Source: Candidatus Latescibacterota bacterium
GTDB lineage: Bacteria; Latescibacterota; UBA2968; GCA-2709665
DNA length: 64,000 nt
Assembly: GCA_963667175.2 (NCBI GenBank)
Contig: CAXXXF010000003.1
Span: 192,001-256,000 of the forward strand
Direction: 5' to 3'
Position 1 is the stretch's first letter. Each line of letters opens with the position of its first letter. The notes under the pieces were generated by a model. The model was not told where the DNA came from, did no database searches, and saw only the letters and a list, made by a program, of their open reading frames with translations. This document shows, in pieces, positions 49,765-60,700 of this stretch. A program made the translations under genes and the position numbers.

Positions 49765-51736
49765 ATGGAATCGTCGCCGATACATAGCGGGGCGCCACAC
49801 ACCGGAAGCCCCGAGGACAAACCGGGCGGAGTCACCGCGAGGTCGGTGGGAATCGGCCTTCTCATGGTGGTGTTCGTCAACTTCTGGATCCTCTACTCGC
49901 TGTACCTGATCCGGGCGTCCTGGCTGCAGGTGACCCATTTTCCGATGGGACTGTTCGTGCCCTTCATGCTCCTGGCGCTGTTTGCGAATCCCGCGCTCAA
50001 GGCGCTCCGGCGCGGCAGGGGCCTGTCCCGTTCGGAGATTCTGGTGGTGGCCGCGATGGGCCTGACCGGCGCGATGGCGCCCGGATTCAGCCTGATGACC
50101 ACGCTCCTGGGGACCATCTCGGTTCCGTACTACATGGCGACCCCGGAAAACCAGTGGAGCGCCTTTTTCCATCTCCACATGCCGGACTGGATCGCGCCGT
50201 CGAACCGCGGCGGCGCGATGCGGATGCTGTTCGAAGGCCTCCCCACGAGGGACACGCCGATTCCCCTTGGCGCCTGGGCCGGACCGTTGACCTGGTGGAT
50301 GGCCCTGGTGGGGGCGTTCGCGTTCGCTTCGATGTGCCTGATGGTGATCCTGCGCCGGCAGTGGGTGGAGTACGAACGGCTGGTGTACCCGCTCGCGCAG
50401 GTGGCCGCCGACATGGCCGGCGACGAGCGGGACGGGCGCTCGCTTCCAGGGTTCATGCGCGCCCGCGCCTTCAAGTTCGGGTTCGGGGCGGCCACCCTGG
50501 TCATGACCTGGAACATGATGTCTCATTTCGCGCCGGGGTTTCCCGAGATACCGCTCGGCATCCCGTCGAGGTGGACCACGTTCTTCAAGGGATTTCCGCC
50601 GCTCCACACGACCATCAACTTCTACACGATCGGATTCGCGTATCTGGCCAACCTGGACGTGCTCTTCAGCATCTGGTTCTTCCACTTCATGGCGATGTGG
50701 GAGGTCTTCGTCTTCGGAAGGCTGGGCGTGGGAAGGATCTCCGGCGGGGCGGCCGTATCGTGGCAGAGTATCGGCGCGTTGTGTGCGCTGGTGGCGTGGG
50801 GGCTGTGGACCGCGCGGAAGCACCTGCGCCAGGTCCTCAGAGGGGCGATCCATCCATCCGGGGACGATGCTCAGGAGATTCTGTCCTACCGGACGGCTGC
50901 GTGCGGCGCGGCGCTGAGTCTGATCTTCATCGTCGCCTGGTTCTACAATGCCGGCATGGGCATGCTTCTCTCAGCCGTACTGGTTCTGTTCTTCTTTATT
51001 ACCTATCTGGGCATCGCGCGGGTGGTGGCGCAGTCGGGTCTGCTGTACGTCAGCTCCCCGATGTTTCCGCAAACCGCGATCCTGCGTTCCGTCGGCCCCG
51101 CCGCGATTCCCGGGCGCGCGATGACGGCGTTGGCGTTTTCTTTCGCCCTGCGCAATGACGGCCGCGGGCTCTTCATGCCCGCCCTGGCGCACGTGGCGAA
51201 AATCGGCGACCTGATCGGCGGGGGACCGGCGCCGGCTCGGTTACGCCGTGGCGCTGGGCCTTGGCGGCGCCGTGGCGACCTCCGTCGGTCTGACGCTTTA
51301 CTGGGGATATACGATCGGCGCGTACAATTTCGGCAGTATCGCGCTGCTGCGGCGGACGGTTCCCACCTTCAACTGGTTCGCGGGGATGATGTCCAGCCCG
51401 GAACCGGTGAAGCCGGAGGTGTTCGGGTATTTCGGCGCCGGCTGCGCCGCGATGCTCGCGCTGACGTTCCTGCGTTACCGCCTGCCCTGGTGGCCGCTGC
51501 ATCCGCTGGGTCTGGCCGTGACCTGGTCGGGAATGACGGTACACTCGGTACTCTCGGTTTTTCTGGCCTGGGCGGTAAAGGGCATCGTACTGAAGGCGGG
51601 CGGCGTTTTTCTGTACCGGCGATCCATTCCTTTTTTCATGGGGTTGATGGTCGGATACGCGCTGAACGTGGGGGTTTCGTTCGTGCTGGACGTCACGTAT
51701 TTCGGCGGGGAGGGACACGGGGTGCATGCGTATTAG
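49765..51736 (+). pseudogene. Second DUF6785/DUF6784-like protein with +1 frameshift in the G run at 51220-51224
   Basis: ORFs 49765.. and 51248-51736 join as LIGGDRRRLGYAVALG if one G is removed, paralleling RIRGNRRLL in paralogue 1. May be an assembly error. Confidence 0.75.
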
Positions 51737-51760
51737 GTGAGCGGCCATTTGTGCGGTCTC

Positions 51761-52073
51761 TTAATCACCTTTTGAACAACCTGTCGCAAACACCCGACAC
51801 TGAAATATGCCTGCATCATTACAGTTTTCCAGGGCTTCTTCTTCTGCCGTCTCCCTCGAATTAGTGGACACGTAACTAAATTGACCACCGGGACTTAATG
51901 CCACCGCAATGCATGCATTCTTGAATGTGGCTTTTATCGTGCAGTCACCGTCACATCGAGCAAGTGCTGCAAGTTCTGCCTCTGCCTCGGTGTCCTTGTT
52001 GTAAGCCACGCCGATTTCAGGATACCCGTTTCCTGATCCAGCGGCTACCGCTCCCCAGTAATCCTGGTCAGGT
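51761..52073 (-). pseudogene. DUF4189-like domain, 5'-truncated at the MITE end
   Basis: YWGAVAAG...AELAALARCDGDC...NACIAVA...AEEEALENC...C. The upstream part of the ORF is MITE sequence. Confidence 0.65.
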
Positions 52074-52293
52074 CCTAACGCGGCTTCACTACGCTCAGCC
52101 GCAACCAAATAGATTGAAGTGAACGTCTGAGCCCGTTTGACGTCGCAATCACTCCCCCCTTGAGGGGGAGTCGCAGAAGCCGAGCCGACCGGCGAAGGCT
52201 GATGCGGTGGGGGACTTAAACGCGTTACCGTAAGCAAACAGCACGAACAAACATGCACGCATTTTGCGTGGAAGTCTCGCTGTAAGATTCTAA
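52074..52293 (+). mobile_element. 220-bp non-autonomous element carrying both ends of the Rep_trans-like element
   Basis: 5' cctaacgcggcttcactacgctcagccgcaaccaaa matches the reverse complement of 54082-54117. 3' acgcattttgcgtggaagtctcgctgtaagattctaa matches the reverse complement of 52406-52442. Confidence 0.85.
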
Positions 52294-52405
52294 GACTCCC
52301 GTCAAAGGCCATGTCAAGGTCAATCATCGTAGCGCAGTCGCACGATTCAATACAATGGAATTCAAACAAACCCTCGGTTTCGAACACAAACAGAATTCTG
52401 CTAAA

Positions 52406-54117
52406 TTAGAGTCTTACAGTAAGACTTCAACGCAAGATGCGTAGAAGTTTGTTCATGCTGCTTGGATAGGGTTTGTGTGCTTGTGGTATAGTGTCAGTGA
52501 AGTCGCGAGTGTGACGTGTCCGGCCTGTGTGACGCGCCATCTTCTGGACCGTGGGATTTTGGCGATCAGGCCTCGGACGTGTAGGCGTTTGAGAAGTCGG
52601 CTGACGGCGTTGGCCTGCCGTCGGCGCTGGTCGAGGGTTCTGGGTTGTTTGAAGAGGTGTTTTCGGATGTCCCGATTGCGGAAGCCCATCAGGGCGTGTT
52701 CGCCTTTCAGGACGGCGGTGAAGAGGTCGAGGTCGCGGGTGTCGGCGGGATTGAAGCCCCGATAGGTACGCCCCCTGTGCCTGCGTGGTCGGGCAAGTGT
52801 GGTGAGGCTGTGACGGCTCTTCGCGGTGTCTGGTGCTGCTGCCAGCGCATGAAGGTAGTGTTGGTTGGCCTTCAATGAGATTTCCCGATAGCGGTAGAGG
52901 TTGGCCACGCCTTTGGCCATGGGATACCAGCCCATCACGCGTTGTCCTTGGCGTATGCCCCAGCGGCGGACCTTGAACTGCCTTGGATGGTTGATCACTG
53001 TCTCTATGCGTAGTACGCGCCCGTGTTTGTCGTACATTTTTATCCAGTTCTCACACATCCGGTGTTTGACCCGTGCGCCGGGTTGGCGTTTGTTTTTGAA
53101 GTCCGTGAGGACTTCGCCCTGAAAGTTGCCGTGGAGTTTGCGTCCCAGGAAGGTCAGGATGTCCTGGGGGGAGAAGCACAGCAACCGTATGTCTGAGCAG
53201 ATTTTCATACAGCACCTTCAGGGCGTGGGGGCTTGTGAACATCACGTCGGTGGCGAACTCAGCCTGGTCAACGACCCAGTAATAGTCCATTCCCGAAAGC
53301 AGGTCTTTGAGCAGGGGGTTGACCCTGCGGGCAAGCCCGGAGAGAATGCGCGGCCAATTCTTCTCGACAAAACGATCGGCAAAGCGTTGCGCCCGGGCCA
53401 CGTCGTCGATCCATAGAAACGCGTTGTCTGCTTTTTCATAGGCAATGCCGTTTTTATCGAGCTTGCGCGCCAGGTATTCGTGGCCATTGAGACAGACCTG
53501 CACCACCAGGGGGAACCAGGACTGGATGCGGATATGCAGCAACCCGAACTCACGGTCGATATAGTAGAAGTAGTAGCACAGGCACTTCCGCCGGGCGTTG
53601 AGCAGGCGAGGCCTTCCTTCCCCTGGAACCAGCTTGAAACTCTGACAGCCTTCCACGGCGCGGAACACACAGACCAGGCCGCGGGTGATCCCATCTCGTT
53701 GGGCGATGCGTCGCGCTTCCTCCTCTTTCCTGACGGTGTTGCGGTCGAGATAGAGGAACGGGCGCTTGTGCCTGCTCGCCACCGCCTCCGCGTGGGCTTT
53801 GATCGTTTTGGAATGCGACGTCACAAAACGCTTGAAGTCCTTCAACAAAAAACCCTGATTACCCATGAAACGCTCCATCGCATTGCCAAATCCCAGCGGC
53901 AGGTACCCCTTGAACAAAACCCGATCAAAACACGATACCACGCCACTGATTTTTTCATTATATTGGTCCACGAAGTCGTTCACGGCGTTCCTCCTTGGGT
54001 TGATGGCGGTTGGGACCACCATCATAAAGGACGAACGCCGTTTTTCATACCACAAAACAAACTGCTCTTGACTACCACCTTTTTGGTTGCGGCTGAGCAA
54101 AGCGAAGCCGCCTTAGG
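52406..54117 (-). mobile_element. ~1.7-kb IS-like element with asymmetric ends
   Basis: Ends are defined by their match to the short copies. CTAA occurs at both termini and there is a single ORF. Confidence 0.75.
52453..53983 (-). pseudogene. ~509-aa putative Rep_trans-like rolling-circle transposase with C-terminal winged HTH, +1 frameshift near 53186
   Basis: GTG at 53983 after AGGAGG. SCFDRVLFKGYL, QAEFATDVMF, WIKMYDK...LRIETVIN, GFRNRDIR...RLHVRGLIAKIPRSRRWRVT. Confidence 0.6.
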
Positions 54118-54133
54118 ATGACAAGCGAAACAA

Positions 54134-56230
54134 TCACTCCGGTGCGATCTGAAGGGCATGGCGAATTATTGCCACGGCCGCAGGAATCTGTTGTTTCTCC
54201 CGTACATCGATGTACACGCCGCAATCCCTATGGACTACGTTGGGCAGAAACTTCCATTGAGTTACATCTCCCGCTATCTCTTCCGGATCGTATGCTTCCT
54301 CAAAGTCGATGGGAACGAGGATTCTAACGTACCCGGACATTGGCAATGTTTCTGAAACAAAGTTCGCAGATCCATCGTAGTAACAAAGCGACTTACGTTC
54401 CACCACCTCGACACATTCGCTCATCTGTCTTATCGAATCTTGGACATCGTGCATTAACGATCGTACGCTGCTGTGCATTTCTAGGTTGTCCAGGGTCTTC
54501 TCAGCAGATTTAGACCGTAGTTCACGCAATTTGTCTTCTGCTACCATCTTTGTGTCAGCCCCGTGGTTCGGCCAGATTTCGACTGCACGTCTCGCGAGTA
54601 ACTGACCTCTCTCTTGTATTTCATTGACGGTCCACCGCACCTGTTGACCAACGAAACTGTTCAGTCGCAGCGGGCTCTCCGCGAATCCACCCGTAATGGA
54701 CTTCTTTTCGTGGAATGGCCTGTTTGAATACGTACTGTTGTACGCCGTGAGCGTCAGGTTGCCCAGCCGGTTCACCCACGACGAGTGGTTAATCTCCCAA
54801 TCTTCTCCCAGCATTTTTCGCCATTCAGGCACGTCAACGATCGTTTGTGGCATTATGTGTTCGACAGAATACTCTCGGGTCGGGCTGGGCTCTTTGTATC
54901 CGGCATTCTCGAGTTGCGAAAGGATGTGCCAACACACACGAAGGCTGTAAAGATCCCGTTCTTGAACAGCCGTTTCAAATTCCTGGTCAGACGGAAATCT
55001 ATAGCTCTGTCTGGCCAATGCAACCCTTAAGGATGCCAATGGATTGTCGTCATCGATCGAATGTGCCATCCGAGCAAACACGGACCAATAATTGCGAGTC
55101 TGCAGTTGCAAGACCGACCTCCTGACGAGGAAGCTCTCAATCAGATTTAACGCTGTCACGAAATCATCTGGCTCGAGTGAATTTTTCTGGTAACATTCGT
55201 AGAGACGCATAACCAGCGTAGCGTGAACCACGACTCCCAACTGTCTCCCTTGTATCATCGCTTCTTTGATAGACCCGTTTTCGATTCGTTCTGGTTTCAA
55301 GAAGTACGCGTAGTAGCGTGCGGACCGAACCATGTCTTCGAAGCGGTCGTCAAGCGATTCGTTCCGTCGCGTTTGCCAAAATTCCTTGAATTCAGTATAG
55401 ATTCGATCCGAGCGTATCTGGATGTTGGTCTTTCGTTTTATCGCAACGAAATCGCGTAGAAACGCATCAGGGCTATTTCCAGCATCTCGGAATAACGTCT
55501 CAATTTCGCTCCAATGTTTTTCATACATCCGCGTCTGCTCGGGTTCAGGCAAACCCATGAGCAAGTAATTGCGTATCAAGTCGCTCTCTGTAAGGTCAAC
55601 GCCGGTAGAGTTCAAACTTTCGAAGACAAGCTGAGGATTGTCTATATGGCGTTCGAGTCTGACGTCGACAACATTCAGTAGCCTGATCCCTCGGTAGATT
55701 TCAGCGATATCACCATCGCATGAGTTCAACTGACTCAGGAAAAATTCGTACGCATCGACTATCATTTCCGACCGATCTGTCACATCGTCAGGGTTATTGC
55801 CATCCAACAATGCCCTCAAAGTTTCGTCATCGTGGCGTCGTAGCGCAAGTTTGTATTGCCGGCTTCCCGGCTCGTGGATATTCTTCAAATAGTACGCATC
55901 AATCCGATCGGATGTCGGATCATCCCCGTGCCAATCGGTTTCGACGATGTGGTCGCGCACTGCCGCTAGCAGGAGAGACAGTGTTGTCAACCGCTGTTGA
56001 CCGTCGATCACCAGCCATTTTGTGAAAGCGGCACCGCCAACATCACCTTCAGCGTAGACAAACGACCCCAAGAAATGGGCATCATCACCGTTCCGGCCAG
56101 TGCGTAGAACATCATCCCAAAATTGTTGGCACTGTTCAGTTGTCCAACTGTAGTCGCGTTGGAACACAGGGATAATGAACTGGTGATCACCGTTGATAAC
56201 TTTAACAAATGGATTTTTCACCACTTGCAT
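54134..56230 (-). CDS. DUF262-DUF1524 (GmrSD-like) nuclease with extra C-terminal domain
   Basis: IPVFQRDYSW, VIDGQQRLTT, FESLNSTG, SVEHIMPQ...LGNLTLT.YN. ATG at 56230 after GGAGG. Confidence 0.88.
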   Translation of the reverse strand: MQVVKNPFVKVINGDHQFIIPVFQRDYSWTTEQCQQFWDDVLRTGRNGDDAHFLGSFVYAEGDVGGAAFTKWLVIDGQQRLTTLSLLLAAVRDHIVETDWHGDDPTSDRIDAYYLKNIHEPGSRQYKLALRRHDDETLRALLDGNNPDDVTDRSEMIVDAYEFFLSQLNSCDGDIAEIYRGIRLLNVVDVRLERHIDNPQLVFESLNSTGVDLTESDLIRNYLLMGLPEPEQTRMYEKHWSEIETLFRDAGNSPDAFLRDFVAIKRKTNIQIRSDRIYTEFKEFWQTRRNESLDDRFEDMVRSARYYAYFLKPERIENGSIKEAMIQGRQLGVVVHATLVMRLYECYQKNSLEPDDFVTALNLIESFLVRRSVLQLQTRNYWSVFARMAHSIDDDNPLASLRVALARQSYRFPSDQEFETAVQERDLYSLRVCWHILSQLENAGYKEPSPTREYSVEHIMPQTIVDVPEWRKMLGEDWEINHSSWVNRLGNLTLTAYNSTYSNRPFHEKKSITGGFAESPLRLNSFVGQQVRWTVNEIQERGQLLARRAVEIWPNHGADTKMVAEDKLRELRSKSAEKTLDNLEMHSSVRSLMHDVQDSIRQMSECVEVVERKSLCYYDGSANFVSETLPMSGYVRILVPIDFEEAYDPEEIAGDVTQWKFLPNVVHRDCGVYIDVREKQQIPAAVAIIRHALQIAPE

Positions 56231-56607
56231 CGTTTCCTCCGAGTCTCCGGGAATTCGCATGTGTAAGGTTGATCAAGGAATCATAAACCGATAAATTTTG
56301 CGGGCAGGATGAAGCCCTCTTCAGTGCCCGTACCAACACTCCGCAGCCAGAACTGAGCAAAACGAAACCTGGGTCCGCTGAACGAGTGTGACTGTGGCAC
56401 AGAGTACGGGAATGATGCCCCCAAACTTTCTTACACTTCGAATTTCCTACCGGTTATTGTTCTACTCCGAACCATTCCCTTCCGTTCCCGCGATCGATGT
56501 GGCCTCCTGCAGGGAATCCCCTATCGAAAGAACGTCGCGCTGGAGTGGGAGACCAGCGCCCGGGGAAAATGGTTTGGGCTGCTGTTTTTCGGAGTTTTGG
56601 AAATGGT

Positions 56608-56970
56608 TCATTCGTCAGGCGATTCAGGCTCATGATCGACCAGTAATTTTTCGACGTCGGTATAGAGACTGTCCAGGTTTTCTTCAATAATGCCCCACAC
56701 GATTGTGTGATCGATACTGTTGTAATCATGTGCGAGTATATTCCTGAATGAAATGATACTGCGATGATCCCTTATTCTATTCAGTAATTGTGGATTATTC
56801 CGTTTCATTTTGTTCATGGCTTCACCGATTATTTCGAACTTTCGTTCGACACCACTCTTGAGCAGTTCGTCGTCTCGGTAATCATCATAGGTCTTGTCCT
56901 GGACAAACTTGAGGATTGCCGAGGCCGCATCTTTGATGTCATAGAGATATTTGAGTATCTCAGCGTCCAT
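56608..56970 (-). CDS. HepT-like HEPN ribonuclease (DUF86)
   Basis: FEIIGEA, FRNILAHDY (Rx4HxY). Confidence 0.88.
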   Translation of the reverse strand: MDAEILKYLYDIKDAASAILKFVQDKTYDDYRDDELLKSGVERKFEIIGEAMNKMKRNNPQLLNRIRDHRSIISFRNILAHDYNSIDHTIVWGIIEENLDSLYTDVEKLLVDHEPESPDE

Positions 56971-57256
56971 AGATGTTCACCCTTTCGTCAAGGATGCTGC
57001 GACGAAAGTAGGGGTTCTTGAGTCCGTTGAATGTAAGCAGATCAACTCTGCAATTCAGCTTGTCCTCAAGATGGTGAAGAAGCCCGAAAAACCTCTTCGA
57101 AGGCAGCGTCGCAGGGTCTTCAAACTCCACAATTAGATCCACGTCGCTGATAGCAGTCCCCTGGTCTCGGCTCAGAGATCCAAAGAGGTCCAATCTTTTC
57201 ACCCTGAATTCCCGACACGCCGGTTCTGCGATTTCTCTTATTTTCTCTATTGTCAC
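56960..57256 (-). CDS. MntA-like nucleotidyltransferase antitoxin
   Basis: LFGSLSRD....SDVDLIVEF. Overlaps the HEPN gene. Confidence 0.88.
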   Translation of the reverse strand: MTIEKIREIAEPACREFRVKRLDLFGSLSRDQGTAISDVDLIVEFEDPATLPSKRFFGLLHHLEDKLNCRVDLLTFNGLKNPYFRRSILDERVNIYGR

Positions 57257-57709
57257 CGGCAGGAATCTCCTAACCCCATTAATTCATGAAACGGAACAAA
57301 CATGGATGGACAGGATGGACAGGATGAAAACCAAAAAGCGCGACAAAGGCACGAGAAAACGAACATCAGAAACTACGAAACACGCGAAAAATACGAAAAA
57401 TCCGTGGTTGAAGCTAATTGCCACAAGAGACGCAAGACGACAATGTTGCACGTCAGCCCGACACCCCAACATTACGCCGGCCAACTCGACTTTGGACGAA
57501 TCAAGGTTCTCGTTATATTCTCCATTCATGTTATTGAAAATCAACCGATTATACGAAAAATCCACGGGTTTTCATGAATAATTCAGGCTAATTGAGGTAA
57601 AGATACTATACCCATTAAGATACGCGAATCGACGCAAACTGTCACGCACAATTCTTCCATTCAGTCGCGATATCATCCTGCCGTGGAATTCCATCAATAG
57701 GGGCGTGCG

Positions 57710-60700
57710 ATGGCCGAGCGAAAGATCGACAGGCTGAAACAGATGCGCCTGACCACGGACCTCAGGGACGGCGCGGAGATCGTGGCGCCGGCGGACCCGG
57801 ACTGGGCGCCTCTCGGCAGGCGGCTTCAGGAGATGGTCCGCGCGCATGCGGGCGTGGTCCTGCCTGTCGTGGATCCGGCCGGCCTGCCGCCCCTGCCCGA
57901 GGGCCGGCACCGCGTCCTGCTGGGCAACGCGATGGTCAACGGTTCGATCATGGCCCTGTACCGGCGGCAATACACGTTTTTGGACGAGTTCTATCCGGGA
58001 GGGGACGGGTACGCGGTCCGGACGGTGCACAACCCCGAGAATTGCGGCCGCAACGTCTTGCTGGTCGGCGCAAGCAGCCTGGAAGGCGCGGCCGCGGCGC
58101 TCGAGGCGCTGGAGGGGATTCTGGAGGAGACGCGGGGGCGTCTGGGGTACACCAATCTGTCGCGGTCGGAGGTCCACGAAACGCTCCTGCCGGAGATGAC
58201 GCCGGATGCGTTCCGGGCGTGGGTGGCGGAGATGTACCGGGACAACCTCAGCTATTACCCGGTCGAGCAGGGGACGTTCCTGGGGCTGGTCCACCATCTG
58301 ACGAACGATCCCGGCTGCGCCCGGATGTTCCGGGACGCCCTGTTCTACTACGAGGACCTGGTGAGGAACCGCTACGGGGGGAACTGGCTGTTCGAGCATA
58401 TGCTGTTCATCTATTCGTGGGCGTGGCGGCTGTTCATGGTCTGGGATCTCATCGAGGAGAGCGATGCGTTTACGGACGCGGAGCGCCTCCGCGTCACAAA
58501 CGTGTTGTGGGGGCTCGCGAATTACGTGGCCGGCACCCGTTATTTTCAGGGCGAGGCGCCGCCCCCGCTGGAGATCCGGCAGAACCACTGGACGTTCGCG
58601 GGGTTGAGCGGGTCGTTCTGCGCGCGGTATTTCGAGGCGTATTACGGGGTCGGGGAATTCGAGAAGCAGATCCGGTTCTCGCGGGCGGTTTTCGACGGTC
58701 AGGCGGACAGCTACAAGCCGAACGACGACGCGGGGGGCGGCTGGTGGGGCTACTGCTGGCTGGCGCCTTATCACCAGGTAATCTACGATCTGAAGCGAGA
58801 CGACTTCCGTTTCCTGGAGAACGGCCAGCTCCGGGCCTTTGCCGATTACGGCATCCAGGTGACGGACAATCTCGGCGTTCCGGTGAGCTTCGGCGATATG
58901 TGGTCCTATATCGAGAAGGGTCGCTACGCGATGGCTCTCAAGAACAAGACCATCTCGCTCGAGCTGGCAATGGCCCTGTGTACGGCTTCATGGTACTATG
59001 AGGACGGGAGCTACCTGTGGGCGCTGGACTGGATGGGCGGCGCGCCGTATCCGGGCTGTTTCTACCGGGCGCTGCCGAAGCGGCCGCCCGACAGGTTGGC
59101 CGGGACTTCGATCGCGCCGTTCAACCGGTCGCTCTACGACTGGGTGGAGCGACACGCGCCTGGAGGAGCGAACGTGCCGATGGAAGAAGCGTTCGACAAG
59201 CTGGTCCTGCGCGGCGGGTTCGACAGAGACGACGAGTACCTGCTGCTGGACGGCACGTCGACGTTCGCGCACGGGCACGAGGACGGCAACTCGATCGAGC
59301 GGCTGACGTGGAAGGGGCGGATGTGGCTGGCGGAACTGGACTACATCTGGAAACGGCCCCGACACCACTGTTCGGTCGTGTCGATCTGCGGCGGCGAAAC
59401 CGCCCCGATGCCGCCGCTGGTGGCATTGAAATGGGCGGAGGCGTTCGGAGCGACCTCGTTGACGCGCACGGTTGCGCCGGAATATAACGGCCTGGACTGG
59501 ACGCGGGACATCTTCTGGGTGAAGGGCCGGTTCTTTGTGGTTGCGGACTCGCTCAGGCTGCTTCGGGACGCGGATTACGATCTCAGGTGCCTCTGGCGGA
59601 CCCTTGGCGACGTCCGGCATGACGGTCGCGAGTTGACCGTGGAACAGGAGGGAGTACACTTCCGGATTCTGAACGCGGACGATTCGGATGCGTCTCTTCT
59701 GACGGAGGAAGCCCGGGTTGCCGGAACCGACCCATACGAATTGTACCCGCACACGGACGGCCCGATCCGGATCTTCAGCCAGCACAAGGCGCTGCATGGC
59801 CGTCCCGGAGACGTGGAGCGATTCTTCAACCTGATGGTGGCGGGATCGCAGGCGGAGGTCGATGCATGGCGAATCGAACGGATCGGCGAGGGTTTGGCGA
59901 AGGTGGTCCATCCCGACGGGTCCACTGTCTTCGGCGTCCTCGATGAGGAGCTAATGATCGGTGACCTGAGGATTGCCGCCGAGGTCTTCGCGCTGACCGA
60001 AACGTCTGTGGTGCTGCTCGACGCGACGGGTTTCCAGACGGATGGCGGCCTCTTCGAGAGCGAGGCCCCGGTGCATCTGGTTCTTTATCCCGGTGCGGGA
60101 CGCGGCGAGGTCCGGTTAAACGAGTCGACCCGGGCGCGGATGGACGGACTTCGAATCGACGGGATGGCGGACCCCATACCGGACAGCCTTCCGGCCGGGA
60201 CGTACGGGATCAGCATCGAAACCGGGCTCGTGGACGTACTTCGCGAGGCGGTCCGGTCCGGCGCGCCATACGCACATCGGAGAGCGCCGAGAGTACACGG
60301 ATTCGTCCCGAAGGATACGCCGATCGCGCGTCACTGGGAGGCGCAGGTCGGGGGACCGGTCCGATGCGTCGACGTGAGGGGCGAATCGACGGCCGCCGGC
60401 GCGGCCGGAGGACAGGTGAGATTGCTGGACCGGGAGGGGCGGGTCCGGTGGACGCGCGAGACCGGCGCCGAGGTTCGCGCCGTGCATCTCACCGACCTGG
60501 ACGAAGGACGGCTTCTGGCCGGCGGACGGGACCGCGCGTTGACGATGTTCGATGCCAACGGAGGCGTTTGCTGGAAACGGTCGTTTTCGGAGTCCCACGG
60601 CGTGGACCAGAACGTGAACGCGGTGACGACGGCGGACCTGACCGGAGACGGAAACCCGGTGATCCTGGCGGCGACGGACGGGTGGCTCGTGTGGGCGCTG

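Noticed and set aside
52074-54117. One classical IS with 36-bp terminal inverted repeats
   Set aside because: A second inverted pair (52257-52293/52406-52442) shows two tail-to-tail elements, each with distinct 5' and 3' ends.
57284-57581. Short ORFs of ~91 aa
   Set aside because: Products of low-complexity repeats.
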